Source: Candidatus Collierbacteria bacterium
Lineage (GTDB): Bacteria; Patescibacteriota; Microgenomatia; UBA1400; MFAQ01
Direction of reading: 5' to 3'
DNA length: 52,762 bases
Assembly: GCA_903884375.1 (NCBI GenBank)
Contig: CAISER010000020.1
Coordinates: 1 to 52,762 of the forward strand
Part shown: positions 45,555 through 52,762 of the stretch, one piece after another
How the letters are laid out: every line of letters starts with the position of its first letter
Position numbering within the stretch: position 1 is the first letter of the stretch
The notes under the pieces: generated by a model
The model's input: only the letters and a program-made list of their open reading frames with translations
What the model was told of the DNA's origin: nothing
The model's database searches: none
Translations under genes and position numbers: made by a program

Positions 45555-48500
45555 TTATTTTGTTTTGTATATCTTTATTCCTCCTGAATCAAAAATCAGA
45601 GTAAGCGATAAATCAATGGGGTTAATTTTTATTGATTGGAAGGGTGTTTCGTATATATATCTTATGTCATTCTCTTGCAAAAATCTTCTGGCCCAGATTC
45701 TATCGAGAGTATTGTAGAAACGCTGTACTTGTCTTGCACGTTCTTTGTAATTAAAGCCAGTAATATCAAGGTTGATTGTGTCTGAAATAAATTCAGACTG
45801 GCCTGAGAAGGCCGATACGTAAGCTGTAGAAACATAGTCATATAAAGGTTTGGGGGTGACATTCCAGCCTGACCTTAGATACATTGGAGTGAGGACAATA
45901 CCCTTTGGTTGTTTTCTTAGAGTTTCTAAACCAGCAATCTCACTAAAACTAACTGTAGCTGCAGAATTTTTGCCGAAATAATCACGAAGAGTACCAACGC
46001 TAGTTGCTGTTCCCATAAATAGGATAAGTGTACCGAAAATTATTTTAAGTGTGTTTGATTTGAAAAGTTTGAAAAGGCGAATAATAATTGGAGACGAGAG
46101 AATACCAAGGAAGAAAACTGAGTAATAGGTAAACTGAATAGTGTTCCAAGGATTTACTTTTTGAACAATAAAGAGGGGAAGAAGAAGGCCAGTAAAAATA
46201 ATCCAGAAAACCAATTTTTCGGAGAGATCTTTATTTTGATAATTTTTTAATCTTAGGAATCCTAAAATTCGGATATTGAGATTACCAATAAAAAAGATAA
46301 TGGTGGCAAAGAGATTAATAGCTAAGAGTTTAGGAATATTGCCGGTGGCTTCATAGGCCTGCCAAGCTTCGACAAATTTTGGCCAATAAAAACGATCGTA
46401 TGAAGCAAACAAGCTTTTGGAAAACCATAGCGGATCAAAAATAAAAGGTGACCCGGAAAATGAGGAAAATGGAATTGTAAATAAAGTACCGAGAATAACA
46501 ACTCCAGAAAAAACCTTTAATTTTCCACACAAGAAAAGAGCACCGATCAAAAGTACAAAAGCATATATTTTTGTTTGAGAAAGCAAGGCACCAAGAATAA
46601 TTATTTTTATAAAATTCTTTTTATTTAGTTTATTTTCTTCGGAGATATTTAATAAAAATAATATCAAGAATATTAAGGAAAGAGCAAAGGGTGGGTTTAA
46701 AAATAATGAGGCGGACTGATTAACCCAGAAAGCAGATTCGCCGGAAAAGAAGTCTTGGCCTGTCAGTAGTTTGGGGAGGAAACCCAGAGAACCGCCAAGA
46801 AATACCAAAATAAAAGAAATTGATTTTTCCAAGGAGGAATATTTCCATTTTGTCATTAATTTTTGGAGAAGAAAAACAAGAGTCAGGCCTAAAATTATCG
46901 GAGCAATGCGAAAGTAAAAGGTGGTGGAAGGAATGCGAAAAAGACCAACGATAATACCTGAAAGATAATCAAAAACAAAGTGATAATTGGTAAGTTTTAC
47001 TCCGGCATATTGAGGATGATTTAAATTGAAAGGGCTTTGAGCAAATTTTTCAATAAGTGATAAATGGAAAATAGCGTCGTGGCCATTTGGGCCCCAAAAA
47101 CCCAGACCAAAAGAATAGACTAAGCCACTTTTTATAACTGTCAGATAAAGAATGCCAATACATAAGATACCGATAATTGTGGATATTGAAATTTTGGGAA
47201 GTTTTTGTCGATGAATTTTCCGAATCATAGTTATGATAATTGGAATAGAAATTACCCAAAAAATCCAAGAATAATGAAACTTGTCGGTAAAAGGAGTGTA
47301 TGGAGCTGTCAGCCAAGTTGTGTCTTTATTATTATTGATTACTTTGATGTCTTGATACTCGACTTTGGGAACTATTAAATTTTCAAAAACAATAGATCTT
47401 GGGTAAAAAGTAATTTTTTGATTATCTTTTTCTAAAGATAACTGCCATAAATCCCATTGTTGGTCGTAAACCGTAGTAAATCCTGAAAGATCAAAATCTA
47501 GAGTTAATTCCGAACCAGGAAATTTGACTGAATCAATGGCTGCAGGAATGTCCAAATATAAATTAATTTGATGATTTGGAGTAACGTGATAATCTTCATA
47601 AACCTCCCGATTGTATATACGAAAATCTATAATTTTTGTTTTGCCTTCGAAAGATTTAAGACCGATTCGATAAAAAGGACTTTGGTACCAAAACACTTCT
47701 CCTTTTTGAACACCTGTTGGATCTGTTGTGCGATAAAAATAGGCTGGACTACTTTCTGGGTAACGTCCTTTGAACCAATCACCAAATTCGGCAAGAGATA
47801 GATAACGGAATTCATTTTTTTCTTCATTTTCAATGATTGTTTTAAAGACATCTTTTATTTCCTGACGATACCAAGCAATTGGAAAATCATTTTCTAAACC
47901 AATATTAATATAAGTAAACTCGTTAAAACTATGCTGACTATAAAGACTTAGAAGATTGGTAAAGTACTTTAGATTTTGTCCACGACCAATAAAGTCGTTT
48001 ACCTGAACTGAGAATGATGATTCACCACCTGGACCATAGAAATTAAAAAGATCTCGTTGGGCCCAACGTACCATGGCCAAATTGACTCTATTATTTTTAC
48101 TGGAAGCCGGAATTAAAGAATTGTTTTTATCGGGAAAGTATGGACTACCAAGATATCCCCCCCACAGACGATAACGGTCTGTAGAATACTGATCATCGCA
48201 GTTCATAGCCGCTAGTACAGAGTATTTTGTTTGAAGATACTGGAGAGAATAACTATCCAAATCCCAAGCTCCAACTGTTTTTGGGTAATAGCCAAAACGA
48301 TTGAAGAAGGCTTCCATATAAGTATCGATTAATCTCACCCTGTCTGATTGAGAATATCCTGAAAGAAAGATTCTGTTGGCACTAAAAATATTAAGGCCAT
48401 TGGGATAAGTCACTCCGGCTTTATCGACTAAAGAAGGAGTAATTTCCATAAAAGCTCCAAGAGATTCAAGAATATTTGTTTTCGAAATATTTTCGAAAAA

Positions 48501-48752
48501 AGCAGAGATTGTTGCATCGGTAACGGCATCAAATCGAAGCTGCCAAGTGACCGGTAAACCTGAACGACTAGATTCTTCAAGTTGATATATGGGAAGATCG
48601 AGAGGTTTTTGACCGACAAGAAGCCAACCTTCATTACCTCTTACTGGATTAGTAAAAGTAACTATTGTATCTCTTGAAAATTCTGCTCTAATTGGTTTTG
48701 GAAAGAATAAGATCAGAAAAAGTGGAAGTAGGGTAAGAAGTTTTTTAAACAT
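45555..48752 (-). CDS. 1065-aa secreted-domain/polytopic-membrane fusion protein, putative glycan polymerase or GT-C-like transferase
   Basis: Signal peptide MFKKLLTLLPLFLILFFPKPIRA. An extracytoplasmic domain of about 480 aa follows (FTNPVRGNEGW..., NCDDQYSTDRYRLWGGYLGSPYFPD...) with no motif I can name. Then about 13 hydrophobic helices beginning near WIFWVISIPIIITMI, with the loop GFWGPNGHDAIFHLSLIEKF. A C-terminal soluble domain of about 130 aa ends the protein. Confidence 0.45.
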   Translation of the reverse strand: MFKKLLTLLPLFLILFFPKPIRAEFSRDTIVTFTNPVRGNEGWLLVGQKPLDLPIYQLEESSRSGLPVTWQLRFDAVTDATISAFFENISKTNILESLGAFMEITPSLVDKAGVTYPNGLNIFSANRIFLSGYSQSDRVRLIDTYMEAFFNRFGYYPKTVGAWDLDSYSLQYLQTKYSVLAAMNCDDQYSTDRYRLWGGYLGSPYFPDKNNSLIPASSKNNRVNLAMVRWAQRDLFNFYGPGGESSFSVQVNDFIGRGQNLKYFTNLLSLYSQHSFNEFTYINIGLENDFPIAWYRQEIKDVFKTIIENEEKNEFRYLSLAEFGDWFKGRYPESSPAYFYRTTDPTGVQKGEVFWYQSPFYRIGLKSFEGKTKIIDFRIYNREVYEDYHVTPNHQINLYLDIPAAIDSVKFPGSELTLDFDLSGFTTVYDQQWDLWQLSLEKDNQKITFYPRSIVFENLIVPKVEYQDIKVINNNKDTTWLTAPYTPFTDKFHYSWIFWVISIPIIITMIRKIHRQKLPKISISTIIGILCIGILYLTVIKSGLVYSFGLGFWGPNGHDAIFHLSLIEKFAQSPFNLNHPQYAGVKLTNYHFVFDYLSGIIVGLFRIPSTTFYFRIAPIILGLTLVFLLQKLMTKWKYSSLEKSISFILVFLGGSLGFLPKLLTGQDFFSGESAFWVNQSASLFLNPPFALSLIFLILFLLNISEENKLNKKNFIKIIILGALLSQTKIYAFVLLIGALFLCGKLKVFSGVVILGTLFTIPFSSFSGSPFIFDPLWFSKSLFASYDRFYWPKFVEAWQAYEATGNIPKLLAINLFATIIFFIGNLNIRILGFLRLKNYQNKDLSEKLVFWIIFTGLLLPLFIVQKVNPWNTIQFTYYSVFFLGILSSPIIIRLFKLFKSNTLKIIFGTLILFMGTATSVGTLRDYFGKNSAATVSFSEIAGLETLRKQPKGIVLTPMYLRSGWNVTPKPLYDYVSTAYVSAFSGQSEFISDTINLDITGFNYKERARQVQRFYNTLDRIWARRFLQENDIRYIYETPFQSIKINPIDLSLTLIFDSGGIKIYKTK

Positions 48753-50220
48753 GTTTCATTTTAAAGTAATTTACCGTTCTTTCCACAAAGGAAATTCCTT
48801 CAACAAAAAGAACTGAACAGATGTAAATAACAGAAGCAAGAATACCAATAATAATGAGAGATATTGTTGAGTTTGCTAAATGAATTGAAATAAATAGAAA
48901 TAACGACATTGTCATGGTGGAAATTAAGGGAGTTTTAAGAATGTTTAACAAACTAAAGTTAAGATATTTTTTGGCCGTAATAATTGTTACGAAAGAAGAT
49001 GTAGCGATGATTAAAACTGCGTAAGATACACCCAGATAACCAAATTTAATTGCTAAAAGGGGCATCGTGGCCCAAGTAAGTCCTGTCCACATTAACATTA
49101 GTTTGAAAGTTTGTTTGATGTGACCAGTGGCATTTAAGAGATTGGTGAGACTAGTGGAGATACTCGCCCAAGCAGAGTTGTAAAGATAAACATAAAGAGG
49201 AATTAGTGCGGGAAGCCATTTGGTATATTTGGGGATAATATTTACTAAAGGTAGGGCGAAGAAACCCATGCCAACAAGTACGGGGAAAGCTGCCATACAC
49301 AGGTATTTTAAACTCACTTCTACGGCTCGGCCTAATTTCTCTTCATCATGTTGGAGACGAGCAAAGGTGGGGAAAGATACTTTGGTGAGATTGTCCATGA
49401 CGATACGCAACGGAAGACCTGCCCAGCGGCTGGCCCAGCCGATGTAGCCCAAACCAGTTGTGCCAATAATTTTGGTAAGAATTATTGTGACACCGTCATC
49501 TTTGAGCACAGCAAGAAAAGTATTTGCTTGATAAGGTAAACCAAATCTGAGCAATGATCTAAGAGAGTCTTTGTAAATTCCCAACATAGGTCGCCATGGA
49601 TACACAATATACATAACAACTAAACCAACCACTCCCCTTGCTAAAACCGCGAAAGTAAATGCTGTGACACCAAAACCTTTCCAAGCGAAATATACCGCGA
49701 TAAAATTGAACGTTAAGGTTTCAAGAATTTGAGGAAGAATTAGTTTGTTGAATTTGATTTCTCTCTCAAGCATGATCGACGGAATCGTTTTGAGAGAGCT
49801 GAGGAAAAGAGAGATTCCCATGGCATAAAGTAAATACATTCCCGACTGATCAATGTTGTATTGAGTACGAAGGAGTGATCTTAATGAGAATAATAGTAGT
49901 AGAAGAAGAAAAACTAATATTTGCTGGACAGTAAAAGTGGTCGCGAGGTCTTTTCGAGTGACAGTTTCTTTTTTTTGAATTAGTGCTGCAGCCAAGCCAA
50001 TATCTGAAAAATAAGCTAAGAAATTAACGACTGAAGAAACGAGATAAAAAATACCATAAATATTGGGGTCTAAGAAAATAGTGAGGGCAATGGTGGCAAT
50101 GAAAGAAATAATCTGGACGATAAACGTACGGGAAATTAGAGCTAAGACACCGGATACCGATCGGCGTTTGACCTCTTGGTACTCAATTACTTGTGGTTCG
50201 TCAGTGATGGTATCGAGCAT
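48745..50220 (-). CDS. MOP-superfamily oligosaccharide/polysaccharide flippase (Wzx-like)
   Basis: 491 aa. RRSVSGVLALISRTFIVQIISFIATIALTIFLDPNIYGIFYLV...FSDIGLAAALIQKKE is a typical Polysacc_synt N-terminus. About 12-14 TM helices. Confidence 0.75.
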   Translation of the reverse strand: MLDTITDEPQVIEYQEVKRRSVSGVLALISRTFIVQIISFIATIALTIFLDPNIYGIFYLVSSVVNFLAYFSDIGLAAALIQKKETVTRKDLATTFTVQQILVFLLLLLLFSLRSLLRTQYNIDQSGMYLLYAMGISLFLSSLKTIPSIMLEREIKFNKLILPQILETLTFNFIAVYFAWKGFGVTAFTFAVLARGVVGLVVMYIVYPWRPMLGIYKDSLRSLLRFGLPYQANTFLAVLKDDGVTIILTKIIGTTGLGYIGWASRWAGLPLRIVMDNLTKVSFPTFARLQHDEEKLGRAVEVSLKYLCMAAFPVLVGMGFFALPLVNIIPKYTKWLPALIPLYVYLYNSAWASISTSLTNLLNATGHIKQTFKLMLMWTGLTWATMPLLAIKFGYLGVSYAVLIIATSSFVTIITAKKYLNFSLLNILKTPLISTMTMSLFLFISIHLANSTISLIIIGILASVIYICSVLFVEGISFVERTVNYFKMKHV

Positions 50221-51916
50221 ATTGAACTAATTTTATTAATATCAGTAATGAAGTTAGAGTTAGAACGTCCGAAATAAATCTAATTGGCGTGTAGCCAATT
50301 TTGGCGAAGATCTGGTGTTCTCCTTTTTCTAAGTCTATAGTAACCCGGCCAAGATCGGGGTCGTAGGTATTGGCAACTTTTTGACCGTCAACTTTGGTAA
50401 CAATACCAGGAAAGTTGAAGAGAGGAAGCATAACCTTGGAGTTATCGGAAGAAACAATGGCCGTAAATTTCATCCAGTTGGTGCCCGAAGTAAAGTGTTG
50501 AATACCACCCTGGCCGATGATGTATTGAGGTAGAGAAAAAGCCGGGTCTCCTGGAGGAAGAATAGCAGAACGGGGTAAATAATCAAATATACCTCCTGTA
50601 ACTTGAAGAACCCATTGTTTGCCTTGCATCTTTTCTTCGATGCTGACTCTAACGGGTCTTTCAATATGAAAGAATTGAACATTCCAAGCGACAACTCCAA
50701 TTGATAGTATGACAAAAATGATATTTTTCCAAATTTTTGAAAACGGAATGGTTGATAGATAACCAACAACAAAAGAAAAATAGAAAACAATCAAGGCAAC
50801 CAAACGCCAAGGGAATTGAGCATATTGAAGAAGCGGTAGACGCTCCCAGATTGGAAGTGATTTGCTGTGGGCCAAAAAGGCATAAGCAAAACCAAAAGCA
50901 ACAGACATTAAAATCGTTAATGAAACAGTTTTGTTTTTTTTAAATCGGAGTAGAGCAATAGCTGAAGCAATTATGGCGGCTATCCATTGAAGCTGACCAA
51001 CAGAAAATGACATTCGATCGTCCGGTCCCCAAGTGGAACCGCCATAGCCCCAATAACGAGATATAAATATTTGATTAAGGTCGGCGTAATGTGCCATGTA
51101 ATTAAAATAACCGGAAGTCATTGAGTCGACGTGAACATATTTTTGTTCCAAAATAACAGGCATTAAAAAGAATGCCGATAATCCGATTCCTAACAACCCA
51201 GATAAAATAAGACTCTTAATTGATTTGATATTTTTTGTTTTCCCTAACCAAAATAGAGTCCAAATTATTGCAGAAGGGGCAAAAACCATGGTCATTACAT
51301 TGTGTGAGGTTAGTTGCCCAGCAAGAGAAATGGCAAAAAGAATAAAATACTTCCATGAAAATTTATAAGTTATTAACTTGTAAATAAATAACAATACAAA
51401 GGGAAACCAAACCATGCCCCAGGATTCATTCTGGGCTCCACGGACATAGACATCAACCGAGTGATAGGGTGCATAAACATAGAATAGTGCTGAAAGAACA
51501 CCTCCCCACTTTCCAAAAAACTCCTTGGCGAGATAATACATGCCTATTCCAGAAAGTAGGAAAGAGAGAACAAACATTATTTTAACCGGCCAGAAAAATC
51601 CCAGCCCTAGGATAACCAGAAGCTCCATTGGATAGTAAGGCATAGGAGGATAAAACTGCATTAGCGGATAACCATAACCGAAACCGCCATCAGGAATCCA
51701 GCGACAGGGAATTTGACCATCTTTGAAACATTTGTCCAGTTCAAAAAGACGAAAAACCTGAAGATCATCATGCATAGAGAAATAACCAGGCTGAAGTAAA
51801 CTGCTGACCGCAGGAATGAGAAGAAAAATTAGTAATATTTCAATTCGAAAAAGTTTGATGAGTTTACCCAAAGTAGAAAATAACCGAACGATGAAAGACG
51901 AAATAATATTCATCAT
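50201..51916 (-). CDS. Polytopic GT-C-like membrane protein with HD-containing first loop
   Basis: 571 aa. LQPGYFSMHDDLQVFRLFELDKCFKDGQIPCRWIPDGGFGYGYPLMQFYPPMPYY, then about 11 TM helices. The C-terminal ~170-aa soluble domain (LPLFNFPGIVTKVDGQKV...) ends in a TM anchor. Confidence 0.5.
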   Translation of the reverse strand: MMNIISSFIVRLFSTLGKLIKLFRIEILLIFLLIPAVSSLLQPGYFSMHDDLQVFRLFELDKCFKDGQIPCRWIPDGGFGYGYPLMQFYPPMPYYPMELLVILGLGFFWPVKIMFVLSFLLSGIGMYYLAKEFFGKWGGVLSALFYVYAPYHSVDVYVRGAQNESWGMVWFPFVLLFIYKLITYKFSWKYFILFAISLAGQLTSHNVMTMVFAPSAIIWTLFWLGKTKNIKSIKSLILSGLLGIGLSAFFLMPVILEQKYVHVDSMTSGYFNYMAHYADLNQIFISRYWGYGGSTWGPDDRMSFSVGQLQWIAAIIASAIALLRFKKNKTVSLTILMSVAFGFAYAFLAHSKSLPIWERLPLLQYAQFPWRLVALIVFYFSFVVGYLSTIPFSKIWKNIIFVILSIGVVAWNVQFFHIERPVRVSIEEKMQGKQWVLQVTGGIFDYLPRSAILPPGDPAFSLPQYIIGQGGIQHFTSGTNWMKFTAIVSSDNSKVMLPLFNFPGIVTKVDGQKVANTYDPDLGRVTIDLEKGEHQIFAKIGYTPIRFISDVLTLTSLLILIKLVQYARYHH

Positions 51917-52762
51917 AATGAACCTTGTTGGTAACGATAGAATTGAAGAACTTCTTGTGTGCCGTCAAGACGCGTTGGTTTAGGAAATTCTTTGATTAAG
52001 GTTAGATTGTTTAATGAACCTGCGTTGAGATGATTTCTAGATTTATTTAATACTAAAAAACGAGAATTTAGATGAGAGCTATTAATGAGACCTTCGGGAA
52101 TGGCACCTACATAAGGATTTGAACCAACAATAGTGATATTGCTGTGACCATTAGTGTAGATTTGAAGTCCGTCTGGTAGAGTACCAAAAAAGCCTTCAGT
52201 AAAAACAACAACTTTCTCCCCTTTTGATTCAAGATCGATTAAGTAGTTGGCAATTTCTTTTTGGCCCCAACCGGCAGTCCACTCCTCTAAATATCCATTA
52301 CGCATATCAAAGGAAAGTGGGGCTTTGGAGGGTGCAAAAACACAAAGAATTGAAATAACAAAAGGAACAATTAGAAGAATAATTGAAGAAAGTTTGATTA
52401 AGATGCCTTTGCGGGTAACAAGCCAATTTAAGCCAAAACCGATAACCGGAACAAAAGGAAGAACAGCAAAAAGTGCGTAACGACTAGTATAGACTTTGGC
52501 AATGGTGGCTTGAGCTGTAATCGGAATAAGAGCCATGAGAATTAAAAATATCGAAAGAACGCGAGTCTTTTTTGGTATAAGACCAAATAATAGTGTGAGA
52601 AGTAGTGTGGGGGTAAACAAAAGCCAAAGCCAGTTAAGAGTAGTTTTTAAATTCCCTATGAGTGGGCTTAGAGGGTGATAGAGCACTTCTCTCCAAGAAT
52701 ATAAATAGTCTTGATTGCGAGATCCAATCATCTCAAAAGCAGGACCGAGACGAAGAATACCA
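51913..52762 (-). CDS. C-terminal part of another polytopic GT-C-like membrane protein (5' end probably outside the window)
   Basis: The ORF track starts it at the Met at 52731. The frame stays open to the window edge (manual translation of 52732-52761: GILRLGPAFE preceding MIGSRNQ). It has several TM helices and then the soluble tail YLEEWTAGWGQKEIANYL...KVVVFTEGFFGTLPDGLQIY, so the true start probably lies upstream of the window. Confidence 0.55.
   Translation of the reverse strand, partial: GILRLGPAFEMIGSRNQDYLYSWREVLYHPLSPLIGNLKTTLNWLWLLFTPTLLLTLLFGLIPKKTRVLSIFLILMALIPITAQATIAKVYTSRYALFAVLPFVPVIGFGLNWLVTRKGILIKLSSIILLIVPFVISILCVFAPSKAPLSFDMRNGYLEEWTAGWGQKEIANYLIDLESKGEKVVVFTEGFFGTLPDGLQIYTNGHSNITIVGSNPYVGAIPEGLINSSHLNSRFLVLNKSRNHLNAGSLNNLTLIKEFPKPTRLDGTQEVLQFYRYQQGSL

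Noticed and set aside
1-52762. Alternative genetic code (UGA recoding, as in some candidate-phyla bacteria)
   Set aside because: Many gene junctions are ATGA/GTGA overlaps (for example 1590-1593, 22391-22394, 24028-24031, 25671-25674). There TGA terminates one long motif-bearing ORF exactly where the next begins. TGA therefore behaves as a stop and standard translation gives full-length proteins.
1-52762. CRISPR arrays, tandem DNA repeats, tRNA/rRNA genes, or mobile-element hallmarks (integrase, transposase, terminal inverted repeats) that would mark a genomic island
   Set aside because: Scanning by eye I found no regularly spaced direct repeats, no cloverleaf-like G+C-rich segments and no recombinase-like ORF. 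Non-coding DNA is a very small fraction of the window. A by-eye scan cannot exclude short or degenerate elements.

Overview
AT-rich (roughly one-third G+C by eye), very gene-dense window. I count 43 protein-coding genes, 38 on the minus strand. I could not recognise any rRNA, tRNA, CRISPR array, transposase or integrase. Nearly every gene with a recognisable motif belongs to surface-glycan assembly or tailoring. There are 10 GT-A/GT2 glycosyltransferases, 3 GT-B/GT4 glycosyltransferases and about 16 large polytopic membrane proteins with GT-C-like architecture. The GT-C-like set includes six tandem ArnT/PMT-like paralogues (22391-32375), a YfhO-family protein, an ALG6/8-like and a DUF2029-like protein, a paralogous pair (38650-41840) and a 1065-aa fusion protein. 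There are also two MOP/Wzx-type flippases and four SAM methyltransferases, one of them split by a frameshift at an A7 tract. A tailoring block holds an SDR epimerase/dehydratase, a split ThDP transketolase-like enzyme, Gfo/Idh/MocA and FAD oxidoreductases, and a B12-binding radical SAM enzyme with its own 3-Cys ferredoxin. Genes are chained by 4-nt ATGA/GTGA start-stop overlaps, so TGA is a stop (standard code) and the locus forms a few very long operons. Three small plus-strand islands are wedged in with zero or negative spacing at the convergent ends. I saw no priming phosphoglycosyltransferase, Wzy, Wzz, ABC exporter or sugar nucleotidyltransferase. My best reading (inference) is a highly multiplexed extracytoplasmic glycosylation system of the form polyprenyl-phosphate-sugar synthase -> flippase -> GT-C transferase. 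The host is probably an uncultivated low-GC lineage, possibly CPR/Patescibacteria-like (low confidence). All functional calls rest on motifs read by eye from the supplied translations; no database search was possible.
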